Origin: a virus
IMG/VR virus record: IMGVR_UViG_3300037483_000742
Span: 28,013 to 92,012 of that record
Length of the DNA: 64,000 nucleotides
Direction: 5' to 3' (one strand)
Under the pieces are notes generated by a model. It was not told where the DNA came from. It searched no databases and saw nothing but the letters and a program-made list of their open reading frames with translations. Positions 45,912 through 57,000 of the stretch are shown here, in pieces. Position 1 is the stretch's first letter, and the number at the start of each line of letters is the position of its first letter. The position numbers and the translations under genes were made by a program.

Positions 45912-46316
45912 ATGGCAAAGAGAAGCGTAGGTGCTACTAATAAACGTAAAGGTTCAAATGCAGAGAGGGAGTATGCCAAGTTCTTTAGGGAGCTTGGCTT
46001 CACTCACTGTATTACAGCCAGACAAGGAAGTAGGTATCATGATGATGCTGGTATTGATCTTATTAATTTACCCTTTAATGTGCAAATTAAAGCAGGTAAA
46101 CATAAGGGGATGAATGTCAGTAAAGTTTTGTATGAGATCAAGGAAACTATTACATTGAAGTTTCCTAAAGAAGCATCAGAACACAATAACCCATTAATCC
46201 TAATTCATAGGAAAGAAATGGAACAAGGAAAAAGAACACGCAATGATTATGATGAAATTGTGTCCATGAGTATTCAAGATTTTAAAAAACTAATAAACAA
46301 AATAAAATGGGAATAA
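45912..46316 (+). CDS. Holliday junction resolvase-like PD-(D/E)xK nuclease
   Basis: KGSNAERE...GIDL...VQIK. Confidence 0.75.
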   Translation: MAKRSVGATNKRKGSNAEREYAKFFRELGFTHCITARQGSRYHDDAGIDLINLPFNVQIKAGKHKGMNVSKVLYEIKETITLKFPKEASEHNNPLILIHRKEMEQGKRTRNDYDEIVSMSIQDFKKLINKIKWE

Positions 46317-47458
46317 ATATAACTCCTCAGCCACAAATTAAAGCTTATTTTGAATCTCCAAGATTAGGACAATCAACATTAAAAGGATTATTAAAGGGCT
46401 TTGACAGCTTTTTGAGTAACCAGGACAAAGATGAAAAAGAACTCCATTATGAAGAAAAAGAACACTTTATAATTGGCTCTGCTGTAGATTGCATACTAAC
46501 AGGAGAAGCAGGAGAATTTAAAAAGCAGTACTACACTTCACAACTGGATAAAAAACCTTCAGATGTAGAGATGAGTATGACACAGCAAGTTTATGACGAA
46601 TTAGCTGGCAATGGTATTTTTGAGAAATCAGAAAATACAATTGAATTGAAAGATTGTGAAGACATGATAAAGATAGCAATTGAAAATCATGATTGGCAAA
46701 GAAATTGGAAAATGGAAACTAAAGTTGCTAAGATAATTGATGCTTGCAGTAATTATTTTAATGATCTAAAAGCTAGTTATGGTAAACAAATTTTGTCTTC
46801 AGAACAGAATGCAAAAATTCATAACATAGTTAATAGTTTAAGATTAAACAGAAGAACAAAAAGATTTTTTGACAGAGAAAGTCAAGCTGCAATGGGTACT
46901 AACATTGAGTTTTATTATCAACTTCCTATTTACTTTGAGTATGAAGGAATTGATTGTAAAGCTTTATTGGATTTAGTAGTAGTTGTAAGAAATGAAGAAG
47001 GAAATATTGTTGAAATCTTTCCTTATGATTTGAAAACAATGGCAGGAACTACAAAATATTTCTTGTCAAGTTTGAAAGCAAGAAGATATGACATTCAAGC
47101 TGTATGGTATACAAATGCTTTAATGAGTCATTTTAATGTCACCAGAGAAGTTGTAAAACAATTTAGTTTTATAGTTGAATCTTCTACAAATCCAGGTAAA
47201 CCTTTGATATTTGTAGTTAATGATCAATTGTACAAAATTGGTCAACAAGGAAGACCAGCAGTAAAATTAATTGACACTAACTTCTTCCATCCCGAAATGA
47301 CTGCTGATATTAATATCCAGCATGAAATCATGGGAATTAATCAATTGATTGCTGACTATAAATTCTACGAAGAACAAGGATGGCAAGAAGATAAAGAGAT
47401 TGCTGAAAGAGATGGTATCATGGAAATAACTTGGGAAGGATTAACACCATGCAACTAG
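46307..47458 (+). CDS. PD-(D/E)xK exonuclease (ExoVIII/RecB-like)
   Basis: IGSAVD, CKALLD, YDLKT, YDIQAVWY, FIVES. Confidence 0.8.
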   Translation: MGINITPQPQIKAYFESPRLGQSTLKGLLKGFDSFLSNQDKDEKELHYEEKEHFIIGSAVDCILTGEAGEFKKQYYTSQLDKKPSDVEMSMTQQVYDELAGNGIFEKSENTIELKDCEDMIKIAIENHDWQRNWKMETKVAKIIDACSNYFNDLKASYGKQILSSEQNAKIHNIVNSLRLNRRTKRFFDRESQAAMGTNIEFYYQLPIYFEYEGIDCKALLDLVVVVRNEEGNIVEIFPYDLKTMAGTTKYFLSSLKARRYDIQAVWYTNALMSHFNVTREVVKQFSFIVESSTNPGKPLIFVVNDQLYKIGQQGRPAVKLIDTNFFHPEMTADINIQHEIMGINQLIADYKFYEEQGWQEDKEIAERDGIMEITWEGLTPCN

Positions 47459-48099
47459 AGGTAGGTAAATTCTATGAAAATAAAACAAAGATTTATTTAC
47501 TACCTTGTCTAACAGCTTATGGAGAAACTTTCATTAATAAGTTTAACCAATTGTACAAATTTGCTGTAGGAATCCATGATGCAAATCTTCATGGACATGT
47601 AATGACAGAACAATCTTTGTTTTATATTATGTTTGATAAGGTTTACAGTAAACCATATTTTCAACCTTTTCTAAATTGGCTGAAAAATGAGCCTTATTAT
47701 GTAACAGATTATGTGTCAGGAATTGAACTTGACAGTAGGAAACACATGGTAGTATTGAAGTTTCCAGAAAAGTATGAAGTGGCTTATTCAAATTTTTTAA
47801 AGGGCCATTTTTCAAAAATGTTTACTAATGAAGATAAAGAATTACTGTTTAAAGAAGAGCATAGAAAGAAAGCATTAAGAGTTTTGGATAAAACTGAAGA
47901 TGCACTCTTAGACTATGTAGCTTACATAAACAGAGAATTTGAATATTCTTTAACAAAAGAGGAATGTAAAAGTCATGGAGAATATAGTTTTCCATGTTTT
48001 CCGATTCAAGAGATTTTTAATTATTCAAAAACTTCTTCAAAGGAGTTTAACACAAAATATAACAAGTCATGGATAGAAATATCAAGCACAATCTCATAG
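47449..48099 (+). CDS. Conserved hypothetical protein
   Basis: Likely start 47449; NKTKIYLLP...FLKGHFSKMF. Confidence 0.6.
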   Translation: MQLEVGKFYENKTKIYLLPCLTAYGETFINKFNQLYKFAVGIHDANLHGHVMTEQSLFYIMFDKVYSKPYFQPFLNWLKNEPYYVTDYVSGIELDSRKHMVVLKFPEKYEVAYSNFLKGHFSKMFTNEDKELLFKEEHRKKALRVLDKTEDALLDYVAYINREFEYSLTKEECKSHGEYSFPCFPIQEIFNYSKTSSKEFNTKYNKSWIEISSTIS

Positions 48100-48938
48100 G
48101 GATTAGTGGTAAGATAGGTTCTGGAAAAGATACAGTAGGTGAGATCATAAGGATTCTCACCTACTGTAAACTACAGGCAGATACACCTTTTTGCAGAACA
48201 CCAGAAATTCTTTGCAATAAAGTTATTAAAGGTGAAGCAAGAATAGGTGATTCAGAATATACTTATGAAATCAAAAAATGTGCTGATAAACTCAAACAAA
48301 CAGTTTCTTTATTAACTGGTGTTCCTGTTGAAAATTTTGAAAGTCAAGATTTCAAAAAACAACCTTTACCTGATGAATGGAGAAGAGGAGGTTGGCAACA
48401 AAAAGGATTTATTACTTTGAAAGAAGGTGAAAGTGTTAGTTATAGACATTTACTACAAGTCATAGGTACTAATGTAATGAGAGATGTATTACATCCTAAT
48501 GTTTGGGTAAATGCTTTATTTGCTGATTATAAAACCCATAATCAAAATTACATAGAAGGTAGAGGAACTGTATTAGATAAAGAAAATCCAGAAGCTTACC
48601 CAAATTGGATAATAACTGATTGTAGATTTCATAATGAAGCTAAAGCTATTAAAGATAGAGGTGGAATTTTGATCAGAGTCAATAGAGAGTATTATAGTTG
48701 GGATGAAGAGAGATATGCTCATGTTTGGAGTAATACTAATGATGGATTAGGCACAATTATATATATTTCAGGAAGTCAAACTAAAGAAGATTCTCAAAGA
48801 ATTTTTAGAGAAGAATTAATGGTAGATGCTCATCCTTCTGAAACTGGTCTTGATAATTATGAATTTGATTATGTAATTGATAACAATGGAACTATTGATG
48901 AATTAATTGAAAAAATTAAACAACTAAATATTATCTAA
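48069..48938 (+). CDS. Deoxynucleoside monophosphate kinase
   Basis: GISGKIGSGKDT, ADKLK, RHLLQVIGT, IITDCRFHNE, HPSE. Confidence 0.88.
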   Translation: MDRNIKHNLIGISGKIGSGKDTVGEIIRILTYCKLQADTPFCRTPEILCNKVIKGEARIGDSEYTYEIKKCADKLKQTVSLLTGVPVENFESQDFKKQPLPDEWRRGGWQQKGFITLKEGESVSYRHLLQVIGTNVMRDVLHPNVWVNALFADYKTHNQNYIEGRGTVLDKENPEAYPNWIITDCRFHNEAKAIKDRGGILIRVNREYYSWDEERYAHVWSNTNDGLGTIIYISGSQTKEDSQRIFREELMVDAHPSETGLDNYEFDYVIDNNGTIDELIEKIKQLNII

Positions 48939-50395
48939 TGACAACAAGTATAAGACAACAAGCTATCTATGACTGTTGGGAAAATGAGAATTGTAACATA
49001 CTTGCTAATGCTGTAGCTGGTAGTGGAAAAACCACTACCATCTTAGGCATTTTAAGAAGGTGTGAATATAGAACTCTTTTCCTGGCTTTTAATAAATCTA
49101 TCCAGGAAGAAATTCAGGCAAAACTTGAAGCTGAAAATTTAGCTCAAGGAAAAGCTATGACTATTCATTCTTTGGGTTTATCTGCAATAAAAAGTAGACA
49201 TAAATTCAAGATTGTAAAAAGTAAGAATTGGGATTTGTGGAAAGACCTTGAAGTTAAATGTAAAGCTATCATCTCCAAGATAGATTATACAGATAAACTT
49301 AGATTAGGTTATACTCTGATGGATATGAATGATATTTCAAGATTGTTCTTAACCAATGATCTTAAAGAAATTGAAATTCACATGATAGGTATGGATAAAT
49401 CTATGCTTAAAATAGATCAGCTTCAAGAGCTTTGGGATAATTTTGTCAAGATCAGAGAGAAAAGTTATGAAGGAAGATTCATAGACATTGATTTTATTGA
49501 TATGATTTATTTACCTGTCATAGAAGATTTATCTATTCCAGTTAGACCTACTTATTTGATGATTGATGAGTGCCAGGATTTGAATTTATGTCAACACAAA
49601 TTGATTGATAAACTTATTTCACAAGGAGTTGAAAAATGGGTTGCTGTAGGTGATAGAAATCAAGCTATTTATGGTTTTTCAGGAGCTTCAGGAAATTCAT
49701 TTGATCTTTTCTTGGAGAAAGGAAATGTGAAAGAATTACCTTTAGATGTTTGTTACAGATGTCCTCCAAATATTGTTGAAGAAGCTAATGAAGTTTACAA
49801 TATTATGCAAGCTTTTAAAGAGCAGGATGGTATAGTAGAAGAGACAGAATGGGTTCAAGGTATTAAACCTAATTCAATGATCATTTGCAGAAACTCTGGC
49901 CCTCTCATCAAATTATTTTTTGAACTTATTAGTCTTGGAAAATCAGCTTACATTAAGGGTGATGATATAATTGGTTCAATTACCAGATTTTTATCTCCTT
50001 ACAAAAAGATGAGTTTAACCAGAGCTAAAATGGAGATGGAAGATAAGATGATGGCATTAAGACAAAAAGGAGAAGAAGAAAGTTATCAGTTATTCAAGTT
50101 TAAAGAGAACTATGATAATTTTTGTTTGACTGCAATGAATCTTTGTGATGATGAAGGAACTGTAGATGGATTATTACTTCAAATTAACAAGATATTTGAA
50201 TCTAAGAATAATGCAATTATGTTATGTACAATCCATAAATCTAAAGGATTGGAATCTGATGTAGTGTATATCTTAAATGAAGATTTGATACCTAGTAGAT
50301 TTGCCTCTTCTACACAACAACTTACCCAGGAACGCAACTTAAAATATGTTGCAAGAACAAGAGCAAAAAAAGAACTTTACTATTTAAAAAACTAA
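48938..50395 (+). CDS. UvrD/Rep-like SF1A helicase
   Basis: AVAGSGKTT, LAFNK, IDECQD, VGDRNQAIYGFSGA, TIHKSKGLE, YVARTRAK. Confidence 0.9.
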   Translation: MTTSIRQQAIYDCWENENCNILANAVAGSGKTTTILGILRRCEYRTLFLAFNKSIQEEIQAKLEAENLAQGKAMTIHSLGLSAIKSRHKFKIVKSKNWDLWKDLEVKCKAIISKIDYTDKLRLGYTLMDMNDISRLFLTNDLKEIEIHMIGMDKSMLKIDQLQELWDNFVKIREKSYEGRFIDIDFIDMIYLPVIEDLSIPVRPTYLMIDECQDLNLCQHKLIDKLISQGVEKWVAVGDRNQAIYGFSGASGNSFDLFLEKGNVKELPLDVCYRCPPNIVEEANEVYNIMQAFKEQDGIVEETEWVQGIKPNSMIICRNSGPLIKLFFELISLGKSAYIKGDDIIGSITRFLSPYKKMSLTRAKMEMEDKMMALRQKGEEESYQLFKFKENYDNFCLTAMNLCDDEGTVDGLLLQINKIFESKNNAIMLCTIHKSKGLESDVVYILNEDLIPSRFASSTQQLTQERNLKYVARTRAKKELYYLKN

Positions 50396-50399
50396 AACT

Positions 50400-50771
50400 A
50401 TGAGATTAGACAGAGATTGGTATCAAGCAGCATCAAGAGAAATAAGGGCTGAATTACTTGAACTGAAACAAAAGAAAGAAAACATTTTAAAAGATCAATT
50501 TGAAGAAAAATTTTGGAAATCAAAAGATGGGAAAGTAATAACTGCTTTAAAAGAAAAGTATAATACCTCTTGCAATAATCCTATTCTAAGATTTGATATT
50601 ATTAATTACAGAATAGCTTCAGAAAATAGTAAAGTTTACACTATACCTTCAGATACTATGATACAAGATCAACTAAGATTGAAATCTATACATGCTGATG
50701 ATGCAAATAATCTTTTAAAATTTGTAAGAGATACTTTTGTAGGTAAATTAGAAAAAGCTTATGCAAAATAG
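50400..50771 (+). CDS. Hypothetical protein
   Basis: 123 aa ORF. Confidence 0.6.
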   Translation: MRLDRDWYQAASREIRAELLELKQKKENILKDQFEEKFWKSKDGKVITALKEKYNTSCNNPILRFDIINYRIASENSKVYTIPSDTMIQDQLRLKSIHADDANNLLKFVRDTFVGKLEKAYAK

Positions 50772-51267
50772 TATAAGAACTTTTTCAGGAGCTACATTTG
50801 ACTATTTAGTTATGAATCCTGATTCTATTTTGATAGAAGATATTGCAAATGCTTTAGCCAGGATTCCTAGATGGGGAGGTCATTCTTACATACCTTATTC
50901 TGTAGCTCAACATTGTTGTTGGTGTCATGATAGGTTGATAGATGAACCAGAAAAATCTTTTGAAGCTTTAATGCATGATTCACCTGAAGCTTATTTAGGA
51001 GATTGTCCAAAACCTTTGAAATCTTTATTACCTGACTATCAAAAAATAGAAGATAGATTGAGTCATATACTTGCTAAGAAATTTGATTATCCATATCCTC
51101 ATTCTTCAATCATAAAAGATGTAGATAAATTGGCATTAGATTTTGAATGGTATAATGTCAAATTAGAATCTAAAATTGAATGTTGGAGTTATGAAAGAGC
51201 TACACAAGAATTTTTAAATAGGTACTACATGTATGTTGCTCCAAATGTAACACAAAAACAAAAGTAA
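50761..51267 (+). CDS. HD-domain 5'-deoxynucleotidase (YfbR/YfdR-like)
   Basis: IEDIANALA..RWGGH..YSVAQH, LMHD..EAYLGD...PLK, KDVD. Confidence 0.85.
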   Translation: MQNSIRTFSGATFDYLVMNPDSILIEDIANALARIPRWGGHSYIPYSVAQHCCWCHDRLIDEPEKSFEALMHDSPEAYLGDCPKPLKSLLPDYQKIEDRLSHILAKKFDYPYPHSSIIKDVDKLALDFEWYNVKLESKIECWSYERATQEFLNRYYMYVAPNVTQKQK

Positions 51268-51416
51268 TGGATGTAATTTTTACTAATACTTTAATATTTA
51301 GTAACCTTATTCTTGTTTATTTAGTGAGAGATTTGTACAAATCCAATAAAAGAAAAAATCAAATAATTAGATTACAAGAAAAGTTATTAAAACAAAAAGA
51401 AACAAACAAAGATTGA
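51267..51416 (+). CDS. 49 aa membrane-anchored peptide
   Basis: Read by hand; TAATG-coupled to the previous gene. Confidence 0.4.
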   Translation: MDVIFTNTLIFSNLILVYLVRDLYKSNKRKNQIIRLQEKLLKQKETNKD

Positions 51417-51417
51417 T

Positions 51418-52500
51418 ATGATAAAAGCAGAAACAGTAGCTCATTCTCTTTCACCACAAAGAGATGAGTTGATTAGTATTTTAGCAACTTTTCCAAGAAT
51501 TATTTTGGCAGAAGTTAACACACACAGAATGTTAAGTAAAAACACTTCTAGCAGTAGGGCAATACCATTTAGTAAAATGGTACAAACTATTAAAGACAAT
51601 CCATTTATACCTATTGCTTGGCAAGAAGATCATTCAGGAATGCAAGGAACAAAATATCTTGATCCTGGCTATTCTATACAAGCTACTACAGAATGGTTAA
51701 AAGCAAGAGATTATGCAGTTGCAATGGCTGAACAAATGAACTCTTCTACTCATGTTACAAAGCAACTTTGTAATAGACCTTTAGAAACTTATATGTGGAC
51801 TACTATGCTTATTACAGGTCCAAGAGAAGGTTGGGAAAATTTCTTTGCATTGAGATGTCCAGCTTATGATTTAGGAGATGGAGTTATCCATAGAAGCAAA
51901 AAAGATGCTTTAAAATATATTTTGGATAACAAACTTGATAAATTTGAGGGATTATTCATTACTGAATTAGATTGGCTTTTAGCAAATAAAGGTCAAGCTG
52001 AAATTCACATGATGGCTTTAGCTGAATGTATTTGGGATTCAATTAATGAATCTACACCTAAAGAATTGTTAGCTGGAGAATGGCATTTACCTTTCAAAGA
52101 TAAGATTGATAATCTTAATATTGAAGCTACAATAAAAAGTGTAAATAGTAATGAACACTATAACAGTATTCCATTATATGCAAAAATTTCTACTGCTATG
52201 GCAGCAAGGACTTCTTATACTATTGTAGGAGAAGAAAAAGAAATTGATTACACTAAAATGATTGAACTCCATGACAGATTAATTGCTCAAAATCCACCTC
52301 ATTCAAGTCCTATGGAACATTGTGCTAAAGCTATGAATGATATAGATTATGAAACACATGTAAAAGGTTTAGTTCCATCTACAGTAAGAACTGGAAGTTT
52401 GAAAGGATTAACTTCAATACCACTTGCAGCAAAAGGTTGGTGTAGAAATTTCAGAGGTTTTATTCCTTATAGACATATTGTTGAATCTAAAAATAATTAA
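51418..52500 (+). CDS. thyX: Flavin-dependent thymidylate synthase
   Basis: AEVNTHRMLSKNTSSSRAIP, KQLCNR, NFFALR, AQAEI-like GQAEI, ARTSY, HSSPMEH. Confidence 0.85.
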   Translation: MIKAETVAHSLSPQRDELISILATFPRIILAEVNTHRMLSKNTSSSRAIPFSKMVQTIKDNPFIPIAWQEDHSGMQGTKYLDPGYSIQATTEWLKARDYAVAMAEQMNSSTHVTKQLCNRPLETYMWTTMLITGPREGWENFFALRCPAYDLGDGVIHRSKKDALKYILDNKLDKFEGLFITELDWLLANKGQAEIHMMALAECIWDSINESTPKELLAGEWHLPFKDKIDNLNIEATIKSVNSNEHYNSIPLYAKISTAMAARTSYTIVGEEKEIDYTKMIELHDRLIAQNPPHSSPMEHCAKAMNDIDYETHVKGLVPSTVRTGSLKGLTSIPLAAKGWCRNFRGFIPYRHIVESKNN

Positions 52501-52502
52501 TC

Positions 52503-52697
52503 ATGGCAGATGTAAGAGAAGACCTTGAAATTGTAAGAGCTAAAGTCAAAGAAGTTGAAAAACTCTCCAGGGAATTACTGGAAAATCATAAAATAAAACT
52601 TAATTTTACAATTGGAACAGACAAGAAAACTGTAAATGTGGAAGCAAATACATTTATAGAAATGAGTGTCAGTGGTCAAATTGAAGAAACAATTTAA
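52503..52697 (+). CDS. Hypothetical protein
   Basis: 64 aa ORF. Confidence 0.5.
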   Translation: MADVREDLEIVRAKVKEVEKLSRELLENHKIKLNFTIGTDKKTVNVEANTFIEMSVSGQIEETI

Positions 52698-52706
52698 AAT
52701 TTAATC

Positions 52707-53024
52707 ATGAAAGCAATTGGAAAAAGAGTAGTAGTTCAAAAAACTGAAACACAAATTAAAAGAGCAGTTATTGTTCAAGGAGAACCTGAATATAATTATT
52801 CTACTGAAATTGTTGTAAAACAATTAGGAGAAGAATGTCCTCCAAATGTTCTTACTATTGGAGATAAAGTTCTTTTAGGAGAGCATACTAGACCCAGTGG
52901 AATGAAATTGATCAGTCCCGAGAAAGACAAAGAGAAAAGAGTTTTTCTTGGAATTGTTTGGTATGATGAAATTGTGGGAATTGATGATAATGCTGAAGAA
53001 GAAAGAGGAGAGGTTAAGAAATAA
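52707..53024 (+). CDS. GroES-like co-chaperonin
   Basis: MKAIGKRVVVQ...VVKQLG...LTIGDKVL...DEIVGI follows the GroES strand pattern. Confidence 0.65.
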   Translation: MKAIGKRVVVQKTETQIKRAVIVQGEPEYNYSTEIVVKQLGEECPPNVLTIGDKVLLGEHTRPSGMKLISPEKDKEKRVFLGIVWYDEIVGIDDNAEEERGEVKK

Positions 53025-53072
53025 TAATATAAGGATTGAGAACAAAATCTCAACCCTTATTTAATTTTTACT

Positions 53073-53771
53073 ATGGAAAAGAAACTGAAAATTACAATAG
53101 GTGTGCTGATTGTACTACTTATTTTCTCTGTACTAACTTGTACTAGTCATTCAATAAAATCTTCTGAGGATGAAGAATTGATTGAAGCTTTAAATGATAC
53201 AATGGAAACTTGGAGAGATGAGAATAATTTGAGTCATTCAAAAATTCAGATCATTGAAACAACTAATCCAAAAGATTTTTTGAAACTTAAATTACAGGAT
53301 AAGGAAATTATTGAACTTCAGAAGGAGGTTGAAAAATATAAGTCCTGGCTATCAAATCAAGGTAGTGTAACTATCTTCAAAAACATCACAAAGTTTGATA
53401 CAGTTTATCAGACTAAATTAATACCATCAGAATTTAATGACAGTACCTTCATTGCCGAAATTCATAATGAGTGGATTCAAACTAAATTTGGTTACAGAAA
53501 TGATAGTACATTTTATAATTTGATGGTCTATAATAAGTATTCAGTAGTCCTAGGAGAAGATAAAGAAGGATTTTTTAAGAAGAGTAAATCCTTTGTAGAA
53601 ATAACAAATCATAATCCTTATAGTGAAACTACTTCTTTGAGAACTTATCAAGTTACACAGAAGAAAAAACATTTTAGTATTGGCCCTCAATTAGGGTTAG
53701 GTGTTACAAGTGATGTTCAGTTTAATTTTTATGTAGGAGTTGGAATACAATATTCTTTAATTAAATTTTAA
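53073..53771 (+). CDS. Membrane-anchored coiled-coil protein with OM-type C-terminal beta strands (spanin-like)
   Basis: N-terminal TM helix, coiled coil, C-terminus FSIGPQLGLG...YVGVGIQYSLIKF. Confidence 0.55.
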   Translation: MEKKLKITIGVLIVLLIFSVLTCTSHSIKSSEDEELIEALNDTMETWRDENNLSHSKIQIIETTNPKDFLKLKLQDKEIIELQKEVEKYKSWLSNQGSVTIFKNITKFDTVYQTKLIPSEFNDSTFIAEIHNEWIQTKFGYRNDSTFYNLMVYNKYSVVLGEDKEGFFKKSKSFVEITNHNPYSETTSLRTYQVTQKKKHFSIGPQLGLGVTSDVQFNFYVGVGIQYSLIKF

Positions 53772-53774
53772 ATT

Positions 53775-53978
53775 ATGGAAGAAGAGTTATTATGTTTTGA
53801 AAGTAATTGTCTACAATGTTTACAAAACAAAATGACTGAAGAATTAAAAAAGCAATTCAATAATGAATTTGTTTTTGCTGAAGGATTTTGTACTTCTTGT
53901 GGAAGACGATTACCAGTATTTGATTTACACGGAGTAAAAAAGAATTTGATAAAAAGTGATTTTAGTAAGCCCTCTTAA
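53775..53978 (+). CDS. Small zinc-ribbon protein
   Basis: CLQC...CTSC. Confidence 0.5.
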   Translation: MEEELLCFESNCLQCLQNKMTEELKKQFNNEFVFAEGFCTSCGRRLPVFDLHGVKKNLIKSDFSKPS

Positions 53979-53998
53979 TAATAAAGGGCTTACTAAAA
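53960..53998. terminator. Bidirectional terminator between convergent modules
   Basis: TTTTAGTAAGCCCT...AGGGCTTACTAAAA between converging stop codons. Confidence 0.75.
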
Positions 53999-54001
53999 AT
54001 T

Positions 54002-57000
54002 TTACTCTACCAAACTATATTGTTCCAATAGTTCTAGATAAGTCTGATCTTCTTTCTTAGGTGGATATTTATCATTTACCCTCTTAGTTAATTCTTCTTC
54101 AGGTACACCTTGTTCTTTCAATTCATCTCTGTATATTGATCTGAACACTTTTACTTCTTCTTCAGCTAGTACCTCATCTCCTTTGAAATATTTATCATAG
54201 TAAGATTTTTCAAACTGTTTATCCATTTGTGAGCTGAAACCTAATCCTGGTTTTAAAACAGAAGGAACAAATGTTTTTTCAAATTGTTTCATCCATTTAG
54301 ATTGACCTGCATAAGGGCCAGAAGTGTAAGTATCATTTCCAGTAATTAAGCCCACAGTTTCTTCTGCAAATTTTATTACATCTGCTGCAAATTTGATTCC
54401 AGCAAAATCTCCAGCAGTAGATTTCCAAGCTTCTACAGGATTAATGTACATTGAAGATTGTCCTGAAAGTTGCATGGCTCTATTTGCTAAAAGATTGTGC
54501 ATTCTTCTTCTTGTATCTCCTTCTTCATCTTCATCATCCCATAATAAAGCTTTCACAAATAACAACATTGCTAAAAATCCTAACATAACTGCAAGATCAA
54601 CCATATTGGCTTTCATGTTCCTAATATCTCTATCAGTTACATCTCCATTTTTTAGTTTCTCATAATCATTGTGTTTTATGAGGTCTTTACCCATTATAGA
54701 GTTAACAGGCATTCTTAATAAAGTAAGACCTAATTCTTTCACATTAAAGGCTAGTTCTTGTATGAAACCTAATTCTGTCCTGGAGCCATAGAAATTTGCT
54801 ATTCCTGCTCCTGCTAAACCACCTCCTAAAGCTCCTAGTGGACCCAAAACTGTTCCACCTATAATTGCTCCATGAAGGAAACCTGAAGACTTTGTATGTG
54901 ATCTATATCTGCCTTTGTAATTTTTGATTCCAACCTCAATATCAGTTTGACCTTTTTCTGAAGCAAATCTTTGGTAGAATTGTCTAGCCATCCATCTTTT
55001 AAACATCAAGAGAGCTTTACCTAAACTTGATTCAGTAGCCATGTTACCTCTTAATGCATCATAATCTCCATGTGCATTAACAATCATTTTTTTCATAGTT
55101 GAAGCAAAGTCTTGATAATCTGCTCCATTTGCATCTTCCCAATTCTTTTTGTTTTCTTCAGTTGCAAAGTTTTCTGATAAATTACCATCAGGTTGCATTG
55201 CATCCCAAACACTTTTCTGAGTACCATCTTTACCTGTAATCATTATGTCCATTAACTTTGCAATCATTAATGGTGTCTGATTTAAGTACTCTATTCTTTT
55301 TGTTAGTGTATAAGGTGCAAATGCTTCTACTTTAGAGAAGGCAGATTTACTGGAAGCTTTTTGAAGTTCATTGGAGGCATCCTGTAAAATTCTGTACTTC
55401 TCCATTAAAGCAGCAGCCTTTCTAGCTTTAGGTGTAACTACTTTACCAAAAGTTGCATTCTTTAAGAATGATTCTTTAATGATAGTATTCGCTGCATATA
55501 TGTTTTCAGGTTTAAAATAGTCTCCTGAAGCTGCAATTGTAAAGTTTGCAATTTGACCTTCCATGAAGTTGGTGACACCAGAAGAGACATTCCATCCTAA
55601 TCCTTTCAATCTGATGAAATTGAAGATTGCATCCATTGTAGCTACCCTGGAAAAATCTTTACCCAATTTACTTAACTGAGCTTCAACATTGGATTTAATA
55701 GTTAAGATGTGTGTCTTGTCTTCATCTGAACTTGAAGCTAATTCTTTATTGATATTACCTAATAATACTTCTAATTTCTTCTTTAATACCTTTTCTTCAG
55801 AATCTAATATCTTTCCAGTTAAAGTAGGTCTAAATTTTTTAGTTAGTCTATCTACTTTATCAATTCCTGTTGCTCCAACTTCCATAGCTCTTTTTACTCT
55901 AGGATCAGTTAGAATATCTCTACTAGCATAATTACCTAAAACAACTCTTTCAAACCAAGAGTTCATTTGTTTGTTAGCATTAGTTCTTACACCATTTAAT
56001 CTTGTATCTTTATTTAATGCATTTGTAACTACACCTCCAGTATTAGTTCCAACAGGTTGTTTTATTTCTTCATAATGTCTTTTTGTCATTTCTATGAATG
56101 GTAAAACTTCTTGTCTAGCAGCATACTCCATAGTTAAGTAAGAGTATAACTTCATGATTTTTGGTAAATCCAAAGAATTTTCTGCTACAATTTGATGTGT
56201 TATACCATTTTTCAAATATTTTCCTAATTCAAATTCTTTGGCATTTGCACTAGGAAGTCTTTTCATTATTGCAGAAATAGTTGGTTCTACATTTAATGCT
56301 TCAACCAGGACTTGAATAGCTTCAGGAGTTAATTTATTCAAATCAAAAGTGTCAAACTTACTGATAGGAGTAGTAGCTAACATGCCATTGGCATACTTGA
56401 ATCTCAGTAATTCTTGTTGATACCTTTCATTTATGTTTTCTTTATTACCTTGAAGAAATTGAGAATTTATTTTATACTCTGGCATACCTGTAATAGGATC
56501 AACAGAAGCATAACTCAAATTGTTTTGAGCATTCATACCAAACAATGCTCTGATTCTATCATATATCTCCCTGGCTGCTTTAGCTATCCTTTGAAACAAG
56601 TTAGCATTAGGATCAAATAATATTTCAATGAGACTCTTCTGAAGAGCTGGAATAGAGTTTGCACTAAATTTCTTTCTCATCTCTGGAGGCATAGTATCAA
56701 AAATCTTTTGATTTACTTCCATTAAGAGATTGTGAAACTCTTTTAATACAGGGTTAGCTTCAATGATTTTAAATCTCTCATCATAATAGCCTGTAGGTTC
56801 TTGTGTGTCTGTAATTTTTGCTCCTTCAGGAGTAAGTGCAATATGAGTTTTAAATTTTCTAGGAACAGCATAATTGTACTGCATAGTAGAATGAAGTTTC
56901 AAATTGCCCTTCATAATAGATGTACCTTTTCTGAAATTTTCTACCATTTCAAAAGGACTGTTTCTTTTTTCCCAAAGAAGAATTTTATCTAAATGATTCT

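Noticed and set aside
32224-51267. MazG, HD hydrolase and PolA as a 2-aminoadenine (Z-genome) pathway
   Set aside because: No PurZ/PurA-like gene is in the window, the genes are not clustered, and both hydrolases are common in ordinary phages.
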